From Candidatus Eiseniibacteriota bacterium (GTDB lineage Bacteria; Orphanbacterota; Orphanbacteria; Orphanbacterales; Orphanbacteraceae): 64,000 nt of DNA. Shown here piece by piece: positions 1-10,520 of this stretch (position 1 is the stretch's first letter; the number at the start of each line of letters is the position of its first letter). A program made the translations under genes and the position numbers. The stretch covers positions 79,122-143,121 of the forward strand of contig JBDROZ010000070.1 of the NCBI GenBank assembly GCA_043809585.1, read 5' to 3'. The notes beneath the pieces were generated by a model. That model worked only from the letters and a program-made list of their open reading frames with translations, was not told where the DNA came from and made no database searches.

Positions 1-64
1 CGGATTCTACTGCGAACCGGGATCTCGGGCTGCGAGAATGGTTCTCCTTCGCCGCCATCCTCAT
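1..64 (-). CDS. 5' end of a putative divergent gene running off the left edge (MRMAAKENHSRSPRSRFAVES...)
   Basis: ATG at 64 (minus) preceded by strong SD GGGAGGAG; frame open to window edge; too short to assign function. Confidence 0.35.
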   Translation of the reverse strand, partial: MRMAAKENHSRSPRSRFAVES

Positions 65-232
65 CGGCTCCTCCCGATGCCGATCCCCCGTTCCGCCGGC
101 TTTCATCCGGAATTGAGTTTTCTGGATCCCCGCCCGCTCCCGATCCTCATGACGGACCCGCCCTCGACCCGGGGGATCGTCCGAACCAAGAGGCCGGACG
201 GCAAAGACAATGAACATTCCTCGCTATCGGAT

Positions 233-238
233 TAGAAT
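233..238 (+). promoter_or_regulatory. Putative -10 box (TAGAAT) of a leaderless mnmG transcript
   Basis: TAGAAT ends 6 nt before the ATG at 245; no SD present. Confidence 0.5.
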
Positions 239-244
239 GAAACC

Positions 245-2119
245 ATGAGACGGTACGACATCATCGTCATCGGAGCGGGACACGCGGGGTGCGAGGCGGC
301 GCTGGCGCCGGCGCGGATGGGCCTCTCCGTTCTGGTGCTCACCATGGACCGGAACGCCGTGGCGCGGATGTCGTGCAATCCCGCCATCGGCGGTCTCGCG
401 AAGGGGCAGCTCGTCCGGGAGATCGACGCCCTCGGCGGGGAGATGGCCCTCGCCATCGACGCCACGGGCATCCACTTCAGAATGTTGAACAAGAGCCGGG
501 GACCGGCGGTCCGCGCCCCCCGGGCCCAGGCGGACCGGGAGGCGTACTCCGCCTACATGGGCCGGATCGTGGGGGAGCAGGCGAACCTGGCGCTCGAGGA
601 AGGGGAGGTCGCCGACCTGCTCGTCGACAACGGCGCGATTGCGGGCGCCGTCACGGCGGCGGGAGAGACGATCGGCGCGGGGGCGGTGATTCTCACGGCC
701 GGCACCTTTCTCGGCGCGTGCATGCACGTGGGGGACCGGCGAGTCGCCGGAGGTCGGCGGGGAGAACCGGCGGCGGAGGGCCTCGCGAGGAAGATTCGCA
801 CCCTCGGTTTCCGTACGGCCCGCCTCAAGACGGGAACCCCCCCCCGGGTCCGGGGCGCGACCATCCGCTACGAGCGGACCGAGGAACAGAGGCCGGACGA
901 CCCGCCGGTCCCCTTTTCCTTCCGCACGCCGCGCATCGAACGCCCCCAGATCTCCTGCTGGATCACGAGGACGACGGGCGAGACCCACGACGTGATCCGG
1001 GGCGCCCTCGATCGATCCCCCCTCTTCACGGGGAAAATCGAGGGCGTGGGACCGCGCTACTGCCCATCCATCGAGGACAAAGTGGTCCGCTTCGCCCATC
1101 ACCCCGCGCATCAGATCTTCCTCGAGAACGAGGGGGGGGGCGATGACCTCGTCTATCCGAACGGCATCTCCACGAGCCTCCCGGAGGACGTGCAGCTCGG
1201 GTTCTTGAAGACCATCCCCGGCCTCGAGGAGGCCGAGATGGTTTGGCCCGGTTACGCCGTGGAGTACGACTTCTTCCCCACCGACCAGATCCGGCGCTCC
1301 CTGGAGACGAGGCTCGTCCGCGGGCTCTACTTCGCGGGACAGGTGAACGGCACGTCCGGCTACGAAGAGGCGGCGGCTCAGGGGTTGATGGCGGGGATTA
1401 ACGCGGCGCGGAAGCTCGGCGGCGAAGCCCCGATCGTTCTCGGCCGCGCCGAAGCGTACATCGGCGTCCTGATCGACGACCTGGTAACCCGCGAACCGGC
1501 GGAGCCGTACCGCATGTTCACCTCCCGGGCCGAACACCGGCTGCTCCTCCGGCACGACACGGCGGATCTCCGCCTCGCCCCTCTCGGCGCGCGTCTCGGC
1601 CTTCTCCCGGAGGAAGAGCTCGAGCGGGCGAAGACGAAAGACACCCTCGCGAAACGGGAGATCGAGTATCTGGACCAGAGGGCCGTCGCGGGAGAGGTCG
1701 CGAGCCGGCTCGTCTCGTCCCGGGGGGGCGAACCCGTCGCCGGGCCCGCCCGGCTCGCCGCGCTCCTCCGGCGGCCGGAGATCGTGTACGAGGACATCCT
1801 TCCCCTCCGGAACGGGGAGGCGCCCCCCCCGGAAGAGGTCCGACGGGAGGTGGAGACGCGGATCAAGTACGACGGTTACGTGAGGCGCCAGGAGCGGATC
1901 GTCGAACGCCTCGCATCGATGGAGAATCGGCCCATTCCCCGGGGATTCGGCTATGACGGGGTGCGGGGGTTCTCCGGTGAGGGGCGCGAGAAGCTCGTCC
2001 GCTTCCTGCCGGAAACCGTGGGAGGGGCCTCCCGCATCGACGGAGTCACGCCGGCGGACATCTCCCTGCTCGTCGTGCACCTCGACCGCCACGCCCGGAC
2101 GAGGCGGGAAGCGACATGA
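245..2119 (+). CDS. mnmG: tRNA uridine-5-carboxymethylaminomethyl(34) synthesis enzyme MnmG (GidA)
   Basis: [67 protein letters not shown] motifs; 624 aa. Confidence 0.98.
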   Translation: MRRYDIIVIGAGHAGCEAALAPARMGLSVLVLTMDRNAVARMSCNPAIGGLAKGQLVREIDALGGEMALAIDATGIHFRMLNKSRGPAVRAPRAQADREAYSAYMGRIVGEQANLALEEGEVADLLVDNGAIAGAVTAAGETIGAGAVILTAGTFLGACMHVGDRRVAGGRRGEPAAEGLARKIRTLGFRTARLKTGTPPRVRGATIRYERTEEQRPDDPPVPFSFRTPRIERPQISCWITRTTGETHDVIRGALDRSPLFTGKIEGVGPRYCPSIEDKVVRFAHHPAHQIFLENEGGGDDLVYPNGISTSLPEDVQLGFLKTIPGLEEAEMVWPGYAVEYDFFPTDQIRRSLETRLVRGLYFAGQVNGTSGYEEAAAQGLMAGINAARKLGGEAPIVLGRAEAYIGVLIDDLVTREPAEPYRMFTSRAEHRLLLRHDTADLRLAPLGARLGLLPEEELERAKTKDTLAKREIEYLDQRAVAGEVASRLVSSRGGEPVAGPARLAALLRRPEIVYEDILPLRNGEAPPPEEVRREVETRIKYDGYVRRQERIVERLASMENRPIPRGFGYDGVRGFSGEGREKLVRFLPETVGGASRIDGVTPADISLLVVHLDRHARTRREAT

Positions 2120-2775
2120 GCTCCAGGCTCCGGAAGTTCGTGGAGCGCTCCGCGACCCTCGGCCTCACGCCCTGCGAAGACGCCGCGGATCGCCTCGAGC
2201 GGTTCACCGTCATGATCCTGAACAAAGGCGTCCGGCTCGCCCTCGTCTCGAAGGCGGACCTCGGGCCCCGCTCCCTCGCGGACAAGCATTTCGCCGACGC
2301 CCGGAGCGCCCTCCTCTTCGCCGGCCCGCCGCCGGGGGCGCGGGTGCTCGACTTCGGCGCCGGCGCCGGCGTCGTCGGCGTCACCTGGTCCCTCCTCCGC
2401 CCGGACCTCAGGGTCACCCTTCTCGAGTCGCGGCACAAGAAGGCCCACTTCCTCCGTACCGTCGTGGAAGGGCTTCCCGTCGAAAACGCGGTGGTCCTGG
2501 AAGGCCGGGGCGAAGATGCCGCGCCCCCCCATTCCTTCGATCTCGTGGTGAGCCGCGGCATGGCCACGGACCGGAAGATCCTCCGCGCCTATCACGACCT
2601 CCTCGCCCCGGAGGGGTCGGTCTTCCTCTTCAAGGGCCCCGAGAGCGGGTCCGCGGCGATCGAACTCCTCGCCTCCGACGGGCGCTTTGCGGCGCCCGAA
2701 ACGATCGAGATCTCCCTGCCCCATGAAAAGGTCCGCGTGTTCGTGAAGGCGGTGCGTGCGGAGCCCGAAGAGTGA
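2116..2775 (+). CDS. rsmG: 16S rRNA m7G527 methyltransferase RsmG (GidB)
   Basis: [16 protein letters not shown] motif, [18 protein letters not shown]; overlaps the mnmG stop (ATGA). Confidence 0.9.
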   Translation: MSSRLRKFVERSATLGLTPCEDAADRLERFTVMILNKGVRLALVSKADLGPRSLADKHFADARSALLFAGPPPGARVLDFGAGAGVVGVTWSLLRPDLRVTLLESRHKKAHFLRTVVEGLPVENAVVLEGRGEDAAPPHSFDLVVSRGMATDRKILRAYHDLLAPEGSVFLFKGPESGSAAIELLASDGRFAAPETIEISLPHEKVRVFVKAVRAEPEE

Positions 2776-2982
2776 GTCTTCCTTGGTCTATACACCTACG
2801 GCCTGGAACGACCGCGTCGAAATACTGCAATCGTCAGTCCAATGCAGCCCGACAGCGATGAACCCGGCTTCCTTGTCCCGCGCTCACTCCCCCAACACCC
2901 AACACGGAAAATCCCGCCGCACCTTTCGGCACGGCGGGACACGCGTTCGAAATGCGCAACGAAGAAGACGGAGGGCCGTCCC

Positions 2983-3369
2983 CTACTCCTCGGAGTTTTC
3001 CTCTTCCTCTTCTTCCCCGGGCAGGCCGTTCGTGCCCGTGGCAGCGTGCGCGTCTTTGCGCCGCTTCGTCCTCTTCTTGTCGATCTTCTTGTTGATCAAT
3101 CTTTTCGTCTTGTCCGAAGCTCGGTCGATGACGTTCATCATTTCTTCGCCCTTCTCGTGAAGGACGAGGGTGTCGCCGTTCCTCATCGTGACCAGCACCT
3201 TGCACTCTTTGTCGAACCCGCCCCGCGGGCCGTTCGCGTCGGCGAGCCGAACCGAGATCCGTCCGACCATCGGTTCGAGCCGGTCGAGGGCGAACCGGAA
3301 TCGCTTGTCCACATGATCCAGGAGGTTGTCGGTCAGGGTGATGTTCAAGCCGTTCACCTGCAGATGCAT
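2983..3369 (-). CDS. hpf: HPF/RaiA family ribosome-associated protein (short type)
   Basis: RFALDR...VRLADANGPRGGFDKECKV...IDRA pattern; SD GAGGAGG upstream. Confidence 0.85.
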   Translation of the reverse strand: MHLQVNGLNITLTDNLLDHVDKRFRFALDRLEPMVGRISVRLADANGPRGGFDKECKVLVTMRNGDTLVLHEKGEEMMNVIDRASDKTKRLINKKIDKKRTKRRKDAHAATGTNGLPGEEEEEENSEE

Positions 3370-3688
3370 TCGAGACCCTCCTCTAATTGCCGGCCGGGCT
3401 TCCGGAGAGGGACGGACGCAAAAAGGCGCGCCGATTCCTCGTCGCGCCTACCGTTCTTCTCGTGGGCTTGGGGGTGCGATACCCGGCCATTCATCATCCT
3501 CTATCTTCAATCTGCCCTATCTTCGGTTTCCCGGCAAAAGAAAAATCGGGACCGATTTCGGGCATCCGGGGGAACTCCTCGCCGTGCGGCAAGTTCCGCC
3601 GACCGGACAGGGATTACAACCCCGGAGGATGGAAAGGTTCCCCGGGACCCGCGCCGACAACGCGTTGGTGGACAAGGAGATGGCCGGA

Positions 3689-5644
3689 CTACTCCTCCCG
3701 AAGTTCCGGGAGATCCCGGTATGCTTCGAGGGCCTCCGGGTTCGCGAGGGCGTCGGCGTTCTTCACCGGCCGGCCGTGGATCGTCTCCCGCACGGCGACC
3801 TCCGTGATCTTCCCCGAGATCGTGCGCGGGATGGCGGCGACGGCGATGATCTTCGCGGGCACGTGGCGGGGCGAAGCCTCCCGGCGGATCTCGTCGCGGA
3901 TGCGCTTCATCAAGGCGCCGTCCAGGGCGACCCCCTCCTTGAGGCGGAGGAAGAGGACCACCCGGACGTCCTCTTTCCACTCCTGAGGGGCGGCGAGCGC
4001 CTCCACCACTTCGTCGAACCGCTCCACCACGCGGTAGATCTCGGCCGTGCCGATGCGGACACCCCCCGGGTTCAGCACCGCATCGCTCCGGCCGTGGATG
4101 ACCATGCCTCCCGATTCCGTGATCTCCGCGTAGTCGCCGTGGGCCCACACGTTTTCGAACCGGTCGAAGTAGGCACGGCGGTACTTCTCCCCATCCGGAT
4201 CGCTCCAGAACGCCGTCGGCATGGAGGGGAACGACGACGCGCAGACGAGCTCCCCCTTCTCCCCTTCCACGGAGCACCCGGCGTCGTCGAAGACTCGGAC
4301 GTCCATGCCCAGTCCCCGGCACTGCAGCTCCCCCCGCCGCACGGGGAGCACGGGGCTGCCGAGGGCGAAGCAGGAGATGATGTCCGTGCCCCCCGAGATC
4401 GACGAGAGCCGCACGTCGCTCTTGATCTCCCGGTAGACGTAGTCGAACGATTCGGGGGCCAAAGGGGAACCTGTGGAGAGAATCGAGGTCAGTGCTTCGA
4501 GATCGTGGGTCTCCCCGGGGCGGAGCCCGATTTTTTCCATGGCGGCGATGTACTTCGCGCTCGTCCCGAAGGCGGTGAATCTCTCGCGGGCCGCGAAGTC
4601 CCAGAGCACGGGCTCCGGCCGGAGGGGGGAGCCGTCGTAGAGCATGATCGCCGTCCCGGAGGCGAGGGCGCTGACGAGCCAGTTCCACATCATCCAACCA
4701 GATGTCGTGAAGTAGAAGAGACGGTCCGCCTTCCCGAGATCGCCGTGAAGGACGTGCTCCTTCCGGTGCTGAATCAGCGTGCCGCCGGCGGAATGGACCA
4801 TGCACTTCGGAAGCCCCGTCGTGCCGGACGAGTACATGATGCAGAGGGGGTGGTCGAAGGGGAGCTGCGCGAACTCGGGGACGCTCCCGCCGTGGCCGCC
4901 GACGAACTCGTCCCAGAAGACGCTGCCTCTGACGGGCCCCATGTCCGGCTTCTCGTCGACGAAGGGAACGATCACGACCCGCTCGACGGAAGGGAGATCG
5001 CCGAGAATGGCACACACTTTCGAGATCGAATCGCTCTTCGTTCCGTTGTAGATCTGGCCGTCCGCCGTGAGGAGCACCTTGGGGGCCACCTGGCCGAACC
5101 GGTCGAGGACACCCCGGATGCCGAAGTCGGGGGAGCTGCTCGTCCAGACCGCGCCGAGACTCGCGGTGGCGAGCATGCCGATGACCGCCTCGGGTATGTT
5201 CGGGAGAAAGCCGGCCACCCGGTCCCCTTCTCCGACGCCGGCTCCGCGAAGGGCGCGGGCGAGTCGTCCGGTCTCCGCCCGGAGTTCCCCGAACGTGAGC
5301 CGCCGCTCCCGGCCTCCCTCGCCGCGAAAGACGACCGCTTCGGCGGCGGCGCCGCCCGCTTCGAGGAGGTTCTCGGCGAAATTGAGTCGGGCCCCCGGGA
5401 ACCAGCGGTCGTCCCGCATGGTCTCCCCGGGCGCGAGCACCTCGTCCCACAGCCGGGACGCACGGATCGCGGTGAACCGCCACACCGCCTCCCAGAACCG
5501 GGGGCGGTCGAGGACGGACCAACGCCGGAGATCGTGGTGGTTGCGGAGGTCGAGGCCGAGTTCCTCGTTCACCCTCCGGCGAAAGGCGGTCACCTTCGCC
5601 GCGGCGATACGCTCTTCCGTGGGGCGCCAGAGGATCTCGTTCAT
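3689..5644 (-). CDS. Acetoacetate--CoA ligase
   Basis: WFPGARLNFAENLL, SSGTTGLPKCMVH, GWMMWNWLVSAL, SISGGTDIISCF, HGRSDAVLNPGGVRIGTAEIY; 651 aa. Confidence 0.95.
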   Translation of the reverse strand: MNEILWRPTEERIAAAKVTAFRRRVNEELGLDLRNHHDLRRWSVLDRPRFWEAVWRFTAIRASRLWDEVLAPGETMRDDRWFPGARLNFAENLLEAGGAAAEAVVFRGEGGRERRLTFGELRAETGRLARALRGAGVGEGDRVAGFLPNIPEAVIGMLATASLGAVWTSSSPDFGIRGVLDRFGQVAPKVLLTADGQIYNGTKSDSISKVCAILGDLPSVERVVIVPFVDEKPDMGPVRGSVFWDEFVGGHGGSVPEFAQLPFDHPLCIMYSSGTTGLPKCMVHSAGGTLIQHRKEHVLHGDLGKADRLFYFTTSGWMMWNWLVSALASGTAIMLYDGSPLRPEPVLWDFAARERFTAFGTSAKYIAAMEKIGLRPGETHDLEALTSILSTGSPLAPESFDYVYREIKSDVRLSSISGGTDIISCFALGSPVLPVRRGELQCRGLGMDVRVFDDAGCSVEGEKGELVCASSFPSMPTAFWSDPDGEKYRRAYFDRFENVWAHGDYAEITESGGMVIHGRSDAVLNPGGVRIGTAEIYRVVERFDEVVEALAAPQEWKEDVRVVLFLRLKEGVALDGALMKRIRDEIRREASPRHVPAKIIAVAAIPRTISGKITEVAVRETIHGRPVKNADALANPEALEAYRDLPELREE

Positions 5645-5648
5645 ATTC

Positions 5649-6938
5649 TCAATCGGTGTGCGCGGGGAGGATCTTCCCCCGGACCTCGCCGAAGCCGATC
5701 TTGTAGCCGTCTCCCTGGCACCATCCGGTCATGGTCACCGTGTCGCCGTCCCGGAGAAAAGTGCACTCCTCACCGTTCGGGAAGACGATCGTCTTCGTCC
5801 CCCGCCAGGTGAGCTCGAGAAGGCTGCCGTAGCCCCCCTCGTCGGGGGCGCTGATCGTGCCCGACCCCATCAGGTCGCCGGCGCGGATGTTGCAGCCGGT
5901 CACCGTGTGGTGGGCGAGCTGCTGGCACATGCTCCAGTAGAGGTGCTTGAAGTTGCTGTTGCAGATCCGGTGGGGTTCCTCCATCGACTCGCCCCGAAGG
6001 AATACTTCCAGCCGGACGTCGTAACCGCAGTCCTCCCCCGATCGCAGATAGGGGAGCGGCTCCGGGTCCTGCTTCGGGCCGGGGCAGCGGAAGGGCTCGA
6101 GGGCGTCGAGGGTGACGATCCAGGGGGAAACGGACGTGGCGAAGTTCTTCGCGGTGAAGGGGCCGAGGGGCTGGTACTCCCACGCCTGGATGTCCCGGGC
6201 GGACCAGTCGTTCATGAGGACCACGCCGAAGATCCGCTCCCGCGCCTCGGCGGTGGAGAGCGGTTCGCCGATCGGGTTGGGGGGGCCGCCGACGAAGAAC
6301 GCCGTCTCCAGTTCGAAGTCGAGGAGCCGGCACGGCCCGTACGCCGGCGCGTCGGCGTCGGCGGGCTTCGTCTGTCCCCGGGGGCGCCGAACCGGCGTGC
6401 CGTCCACGACCACCGAGCTCGCCCGGCCGTGATAGGCGATGGGAATGTGAACCCAGTTCGGCATGAGGGCGTTCTCTTTCCCCCGAAACATGGTGCCCAC
6501 GTTCGTAGCGTGCTCCCTGGACGAGTAAAAATCGGTGTAGTCGCCGATGTCGACGGGGAGGATCATCTCGACGTCGCCTGGCCCGAGGAGGGCCCCCTTC
6601 CGCAGCTTCTCGTCGTCCCGGACCGACGGATCGTCGTCGCGCAGGACCCGCGACAAGATCTCCCGGGCCTCCCGCCACGCCGGGCGGCCGAGGGCGAGGA
6701 AGCGGTTCAGCGTCGGTGCGGCGAAGGCCCCCCGGAGGTCGCCCGCGGCCCTGTCGAAGATCCCGGCGTCGGCGAGGGCGGCGAGATCGACGACCGTATC
6801 GCCCACCCGGGTGCCGGCGCGCACCGCCCCCCCCTGCTTCCGGCGGAAGACCCCGAAGGGGATGTTCTGAATGGGGAAGTGCGATTCTTTGTCCGCCGAG
6901 ATGAACGATCGGATCTTCGGGTCCGTGGTCGTATCCAT
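5649..6938 (-). CDS. fahA: Fumarylacetoacetase
   Basis: FPIQNIPFG, GDYTDFYSSREHATNVG, PIAYHGRASS, LDFELE, NDWSARDIQAWEYQPLGPF; start taken at MDTTT (6938). Confidence 0.96.
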   Translation of the reverse strand: MDTTTDPKIRSFISADKESHFPIQNIPFGVFRRKQGGAVRAGTRVGDTVVDLAALADAGIFDRAAGDLRGAFAAPTLNRFLALGRPAWREAREILSRVLRDDDPSVRDDEKLRKGALLGPGDVEMILPVDIGDYTDFYSSREHATNVGTMFRGKENALMPNWVHIPIAYHGRASSVVVDGTPVRRPRGQTKPADADAPAYGPCRLLDFELETAFFVGGPPNPIGEPLSTAEARERIFGVVLMNDWSARDIQAWEYQPLGPFTAKNFATSVSPWIVTLDALEPFRCPGPKQDPEPLPYLRSGEDCGYDVRLEVFLRGESMEEPHRICNSNFKHLYWSMCQQLAHHTVTGCNIRAGDLMGSGTISAPDEGGYGSLLELTWRGTKTIVFPNGEECTFLRDGDTVTMTGWCQGDGYKIGFGEVRGKILPAHTD

Positions 6939-6948
6939 GTCGTTCCTC

Positions 6949-7968
6949 TTATGTCGTGTCGTCGACCGGTTCCATCCAACCGAGCGCGGCGAGATCCTCC
7001 CGGGGCTCGTCGAAGGAGCAGCTGCCGTAGCCGGTGGCGAACTCCCCACGGGCCCGGGCGATCTCCGCCGCCGGAACCGAATCTTTCTTCCACGAGAAGG
7101 AGTCGCCGTCGAAGGTGAAGTGGCCGGGCTCTTCGTCGGCGAGGCATGCTTCGATCTTCTCCGGGGTCCACGAGTGGGCGCGGGCGAGAATCGCCGCGCC
7201 GAACATGTTCAGGAAGCCGTGGCTCATGACTTCCAGCCCGGCGTCCCGGCGGCGCACGGGGTGATGGAGCCCGGCGGTCCACTTCATGGGAACGGCCCCG
7301 TCCCGGCAGGCGGCGATGGCGAAGGCGGCCGTGCCCGTGCCGGGGAAGGCGGAGAGATCGCCGCCGCCGCATCGCAGCTTGAAGCCGAACCGCGGTCCCC
7401 CCTCGCCGGCGATCTTCCCGATACCTTCGATCGCGGCCCGTGCCGAGACGAGCCAGCGCCGCGGGGCGGGCACCTCGACCCAGACATCGGGCACGGGGTT
7501 CCCCCCTCTTTCGAGGGGGGCGGCGAAGCGCCGAAGGTACTCGGCGACGCCGCCCGGCGAGCCGAGGGCCTCCGCCTCCTCGGGGAGCTTCGTCTCGATG
7601 GCGTCGATGCGGACCCGCGCGCCGTGTCTCTCCCGGAAGGCGGCCATGGCCCGGGCGTCCACCTCGAGAGCGGCGAGGGCCTCCTCCTCGTCGTCGCCGA
7701 ACCCGGCGAGCACGGAGAAACGGTACGGTTCCCCTTCGGCGGCAAAGAGCTCGTCGTGATAGGGGGCGAGATCGGCGAGCCCCCGGGCGGACGTGATGAA
7801 CCGGCCGAGGATCCACGCGTCTCTTCCGGCGCGGTACCGGGCGTAATTCCGGATCGCCCGGTCCGGGTCGAGGGCGGTGGGCGGGAAGAGCCCGGCGTAG
7901 TCGATCAGGCCCGCCATGAAAGCGCGGAACGATTCGTGCACCGGCCCGCCCCCCCCTACTCGATCCAC
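6949..7968 (-). CDS. Conserved hypothetical protein in the homogentisate operon (GLIDYAGLFPP / FKLRCGG / KWTAGLHHP / HGFLN motifs)
   Basis: 339-aa ORF between hmgA and fahA, overlapping the hmgA stop; conserved-looking Lys/His motifs; start uncertain (7968 or 7941). Confidence 0.8.
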   Translation of the reverse strand: MDRVGGGGPVHESFRAFMAGLIDYAGLFPPTALDPDRAIRNYARYRAGRDAWILGRFITSARGLADLAPYHDELFAAEGEPYRFSVLAGFGDDEEEALAALEVDARAMAAFRERHGARVRIDAIETKLPEEAEALGSPGGVAEYLRRFAAPLERGGNPVPDVWVEVPAPRRWLVSARAAIEGIGKIAGEGGPRFGFKLRCGGGDLSAFPGTGTAAFAIAACRDGAVPMKWTAGLHHPVRRRDAGLEVMSHGFLNMFGAAILARAHSWTPEKIEACLADEEPGHFTFDGDSFSWKKDSVPAAEIARARGEFATGYGSCSFDEPREDLAALGWMEPVDDTT

Positions 7969-9113
7969 GACCGGCCGTAGCCGGCGTCTTCACAGGCGAG
8001 GGCCGCCTTCGCCACGATCAGGGGATCGAAAGTGTCGATCATGACCGCCAGCTCCTTCGTCTCCTTCTTGCCGATCGACTCCTCGGTCTTGCCCGGTTGC
8101 GGTCCGTGGGGCAGCCCGTCCGGGTGAAGGGTAATCGATCCGCGCTCGATTCCCTTCCGGCTCATGAACGAGTCGTTGCAGTAGTAGAGGACCTCGTCGG
8201 ACATGACGTTCGAATGGACGTAGGGCGCCGGAATCGACTCCGGGTGGTAGTCGAAGAGGCGGGGGACGAAGGAGCAGAGCACCCACCGGTCCCCCTCGAA
8301 AGTCTGGTGGACCGGCGGCGGTTGGTGGATGCGCCCCGTGATCGGCTCGAAGTCGTGGATGCTCATCGCCCAGGGGTAGTAATACCCGTCCCATCCGACC
8401 GTGTCGAAGGGGTGGTGATCGAGAATGACGCGATGGAGCATGTTCTCCTTCTTCACGACGATCGGGAAATCGCCCCTCTCGTCGAAAGTGTCGAGCCGCT
8501 CGGGAGGCCGGATATCCCGCTCGCAGAACGGGCTGTGCTCGAGAAGCTGGCCGTGCTCGTTTCGGTAGCGGCGGGGCGTCCGCACGTGACCGGCGCTTTC
8601 GACGACGAGGAAGATCGCCTTCTTCCTGCCGAGCCGGTAGCGGTGGATGATACCCCGGGGAATGACGAGGTAGTCCCCGGCGCGGAAACAGATCGGCCCG
8701 AACTGGGACTCGAGGACGCCCCCCCCTTCGGTGACGTAGACGATCTCGTCCCCCTGGGCGTTCCGGTAGTAGAAGTCGTCGTCCTCCCCCGGCATGGCGA
8801 GGGAGATCGCGACGTGGGTGTTGTAGAGGAGCGGCTCCCGGTCGAGGACCGGGCTCGGGCCGGGCGCCGGGAGGCGGTGAGTGCGGAAGTGCCTCATCCG
8901 GAGCGTCGGGTCCGGATCCCGTTCCCAGCGGAGGTCCCGGATCTTCTCGGTATTCTTCACCGCGGTCGGGAGGTTGAGCGTGTAGAGGAGAGACTGGAGG
9001 CCGCCAAAGCCGAGGTTCCCCATCAGATGTTCGTAGTGAATGCCGCCGCCCTCCTTCTTGAAGGCGGTGTGGCGCTTGTGGGGGAGGCTTCCCAGTTTGC
9101 AGTAGAAGGGCAT
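7956..9113 (-). CDS. hmgA: Homogentisate 1,2-dioxygenase
   Basis: PHKRHT, HHPFDTVGWDGYYYPW, GRIHQPPPVHQTF, PYVHSNVMSDEVLYY, TLHPDGLPHGPQPG. Confidence 0.95.
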   Translation of the reverse strand: MPFYCKLGSLPHKRHTAFKKEGGGIHYEHLMGNLGFGGLQSLLYTLNLPTAVKNTEKIRDLRWERDPDPTLRMRHFRTHRLPAPGPSPVLDREPLLYNTHVAISLAMPGEDDDFYYRNAQGDEIVYVTEGGGVLESQFGPICFRAGDYLVIPRGIIHRYRLGRKKAIFLVVESAGHVRTPRRYRNEHGQLLEHSPFCERDIRPPERLDTFDERGDFPIVVKKENMLHRVILDHHPFDTVGWDGYYYPWAMSIHDFEPITGRIHQPPPVHQTFEGDRWVLCSFVPRLFDYHPESIPAPYVHSNVMSDEVLYYCNDSFMSRKGIERGSITLHPDGLPHGPQPGKTEESIGKKETKELAVMIDTFDPLIVAKAALACEDAGYGRSWIE

Positions 9114-9144
9114 GGTGGTTTCACCTCCGCGCGCGGGAAAGGCC

Positions 9145-10230
9145 CTACAGATTGCCCCGGCGCGCCTGCTCCCGCTCGATCGCCTCGAAGAGGGCCTTGA
9201 AGTTCCCCTTGCCGAAGCTCTGGCAGCCGCGGCGCTGGATGAATTCGAGGAAGAGCGTGGGGCGGTCCTCCACGGGCCTGGTGAAAAGTTGCAGGAGGTA
9301 GCCGTTCTCGTCCCGATCGATCAGGATTTTCAGCTCCTCGATCTTCTTCTTGTCTTCTTTGATCTCTCCGACCCGGTCCCACACGTCTTCATAATATGTG
9401 GAGGGCACGTCGAGGAACTCGACGCCGTTCTCCCGGAGCCTCGTGATGGTCGAGATGATGTCGCCGGTGAGAAGGGCGATGTGCTGCACCCCCGCGGTGA
9501 CGTGGAAGTCGATGTACTCCTGGATCTGGCTTTTGCGAAGCCCCTTCGCCGGCTCGTTGATCGGCATCTTGATGACCCGGTTCGGGTTCGCGACGACCTT
9601 GCTCCGGAGGGCGGTGAACTCGGTGGAGATGTCCTTGTCGTCGAAGGACATGAGCTGGTGGAAGCCGAAGGTCTGGATGTAGAACTCGGCCCAGTGGTCC
9701 ATCTGTTTGATCTCGACGTTGCCGACCACGTGGTCGACGGTCAGGAGCCCGGTGGCTTTCCCCTTGCGTTCCCGCGCCTCGAAGCCGGGGAGGAATGGTC
9801 CGTCGTAGTTCTTCTTCGAGAGGATCGAGTGGATGGTGTCGCCGTAAGTGCGTACGGAGGCGCGCCGCACCGTACCGTTGTCGTCGGTGACGTCCATCGG
9901 GTGGACGAGGGGGGACGCGCCCCGCTTCACGACTTCGGTGAAGAGGGCGTCGACATCGTCCACCTCGAAACAGACGTCTTTGACGCTGTCGCCGTGAAGG
10001 AGGTGGAAGATGTTCATGGAGTTTTCGTGGTTCATGGGGGCGCTGAAGACGAGGTTGACGTCCCCCTGGCGGAGGGCGTAGGAGGCGCGGTCCCGGTGGC
10101 CCGTCTCGGGGCCGAGGTAGGCGATCTGATCGAAGCCGTAAGCCTTCCAATAGTAGTAGGCCGCTTGGAGTGCGTTTCCGACGTACAGCTCGACGTGGTG
10201 GATTCCCTTGATCGAAAGAGGATCAGCCAT
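9145..10230 (-). CDS. hppD: 4-hydroxyphenylpyruvate dioxygenase
   Basis: [57 protein letters not shown]; start at MADPL. Confidence 0.97.
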   Translation of the reverse strand: MADPLSIKGIHHVELYVGNALQAAYYYWKAYGFDQIAYLGPETGHRDRASYALRQGDVNLVFSAPMNHENSMNIFHLLHGDSVKDVCFEVDDVDALFTEVVKRGASPLVHPMDVTDDNGTVRRASVRTYGDTIHSILSKKNYDGPFLPGFEARERKGKATGLLTVDHVVGNVEIKQMDHWAEFYIQTFGFHQLMSFDDKDISTEFTALRSKVVANPNRVIKMPINEPAKGLRKSQIQEYIDFHVTAGVQHIALLTGDIISTITRLRENGVEFLDVPSTYYEDVWDRVGEIKEDKKKIEELKILIDRDENGYLLQLFTRPVEDRPTLFLEFIQRRGCQSFGKGNFKALFEAIEREQARRGNL

Positions 10231-10370
10231 GTTCATCCATCCCCTGGGTCGCGAAGATTGATCGGGTGCTCTGTCCGTCCCGGGCCGGGGGGAGGGCCCG
10301 CAACGAAGTCGAAATACGGGGGTTGTCTCTTTCATGCGGGGGCGGCCCGTCCCGCCGCCGGCCCTTCGGA

Positions 10371-10379
10371 ATAGTAACA
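10371..10379 (-). promoter_or_regulatory. Putative extended -10 promoter (TGtTACTAT) of the hppD operon
   Basis: Motif ~140 nt upstream of the hppD start. Confidence 0.4.
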
Positions 10380-10437
10380 CAGGGAGGGGAGAGCGCAAGG
10401 GGGGGTGGGCGGGGCGGATACCCAGGAAATCCCAATT

Positions 10438-10520
10438 CCCCGTTCGTCCTGAGTGCCGCCGAACGCAGTGAGGCGGTGTATCGAAGCCTGTCCTGAGCTC
10501 GTCGAAGGGGATGAACCGGG
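10438..10520. repeat. REP/RPE-like nested palindromic repeat element
   Basis: CCGTTCGTCCTGAG...TATCGAAG with nested GCCTGTCCTGAGCTCGTCGAAGGG; 18-bp CCCCGTTCGTCCTGAGTG recurs at 10903-10920. Confidence 0.6.

Noticed and set aside
1132-1140. Poly-G tracts (also ~12292-12300) as phase-variation sites
   Set aside because: In frame, encode Gly runs in intact genes; expected in GC-rich DNA
224-2092. Very long antisense or alternative-frame ORFs (e.g. 224..2092-, 3326..5812+, 13901..17146-, 26906..29821-, 36563..38992-, 58601..60778+)
   Set aside because: Shadows of real genes in high-GC DNA; no family motifs and Arg/Pro/Gly-biased composition
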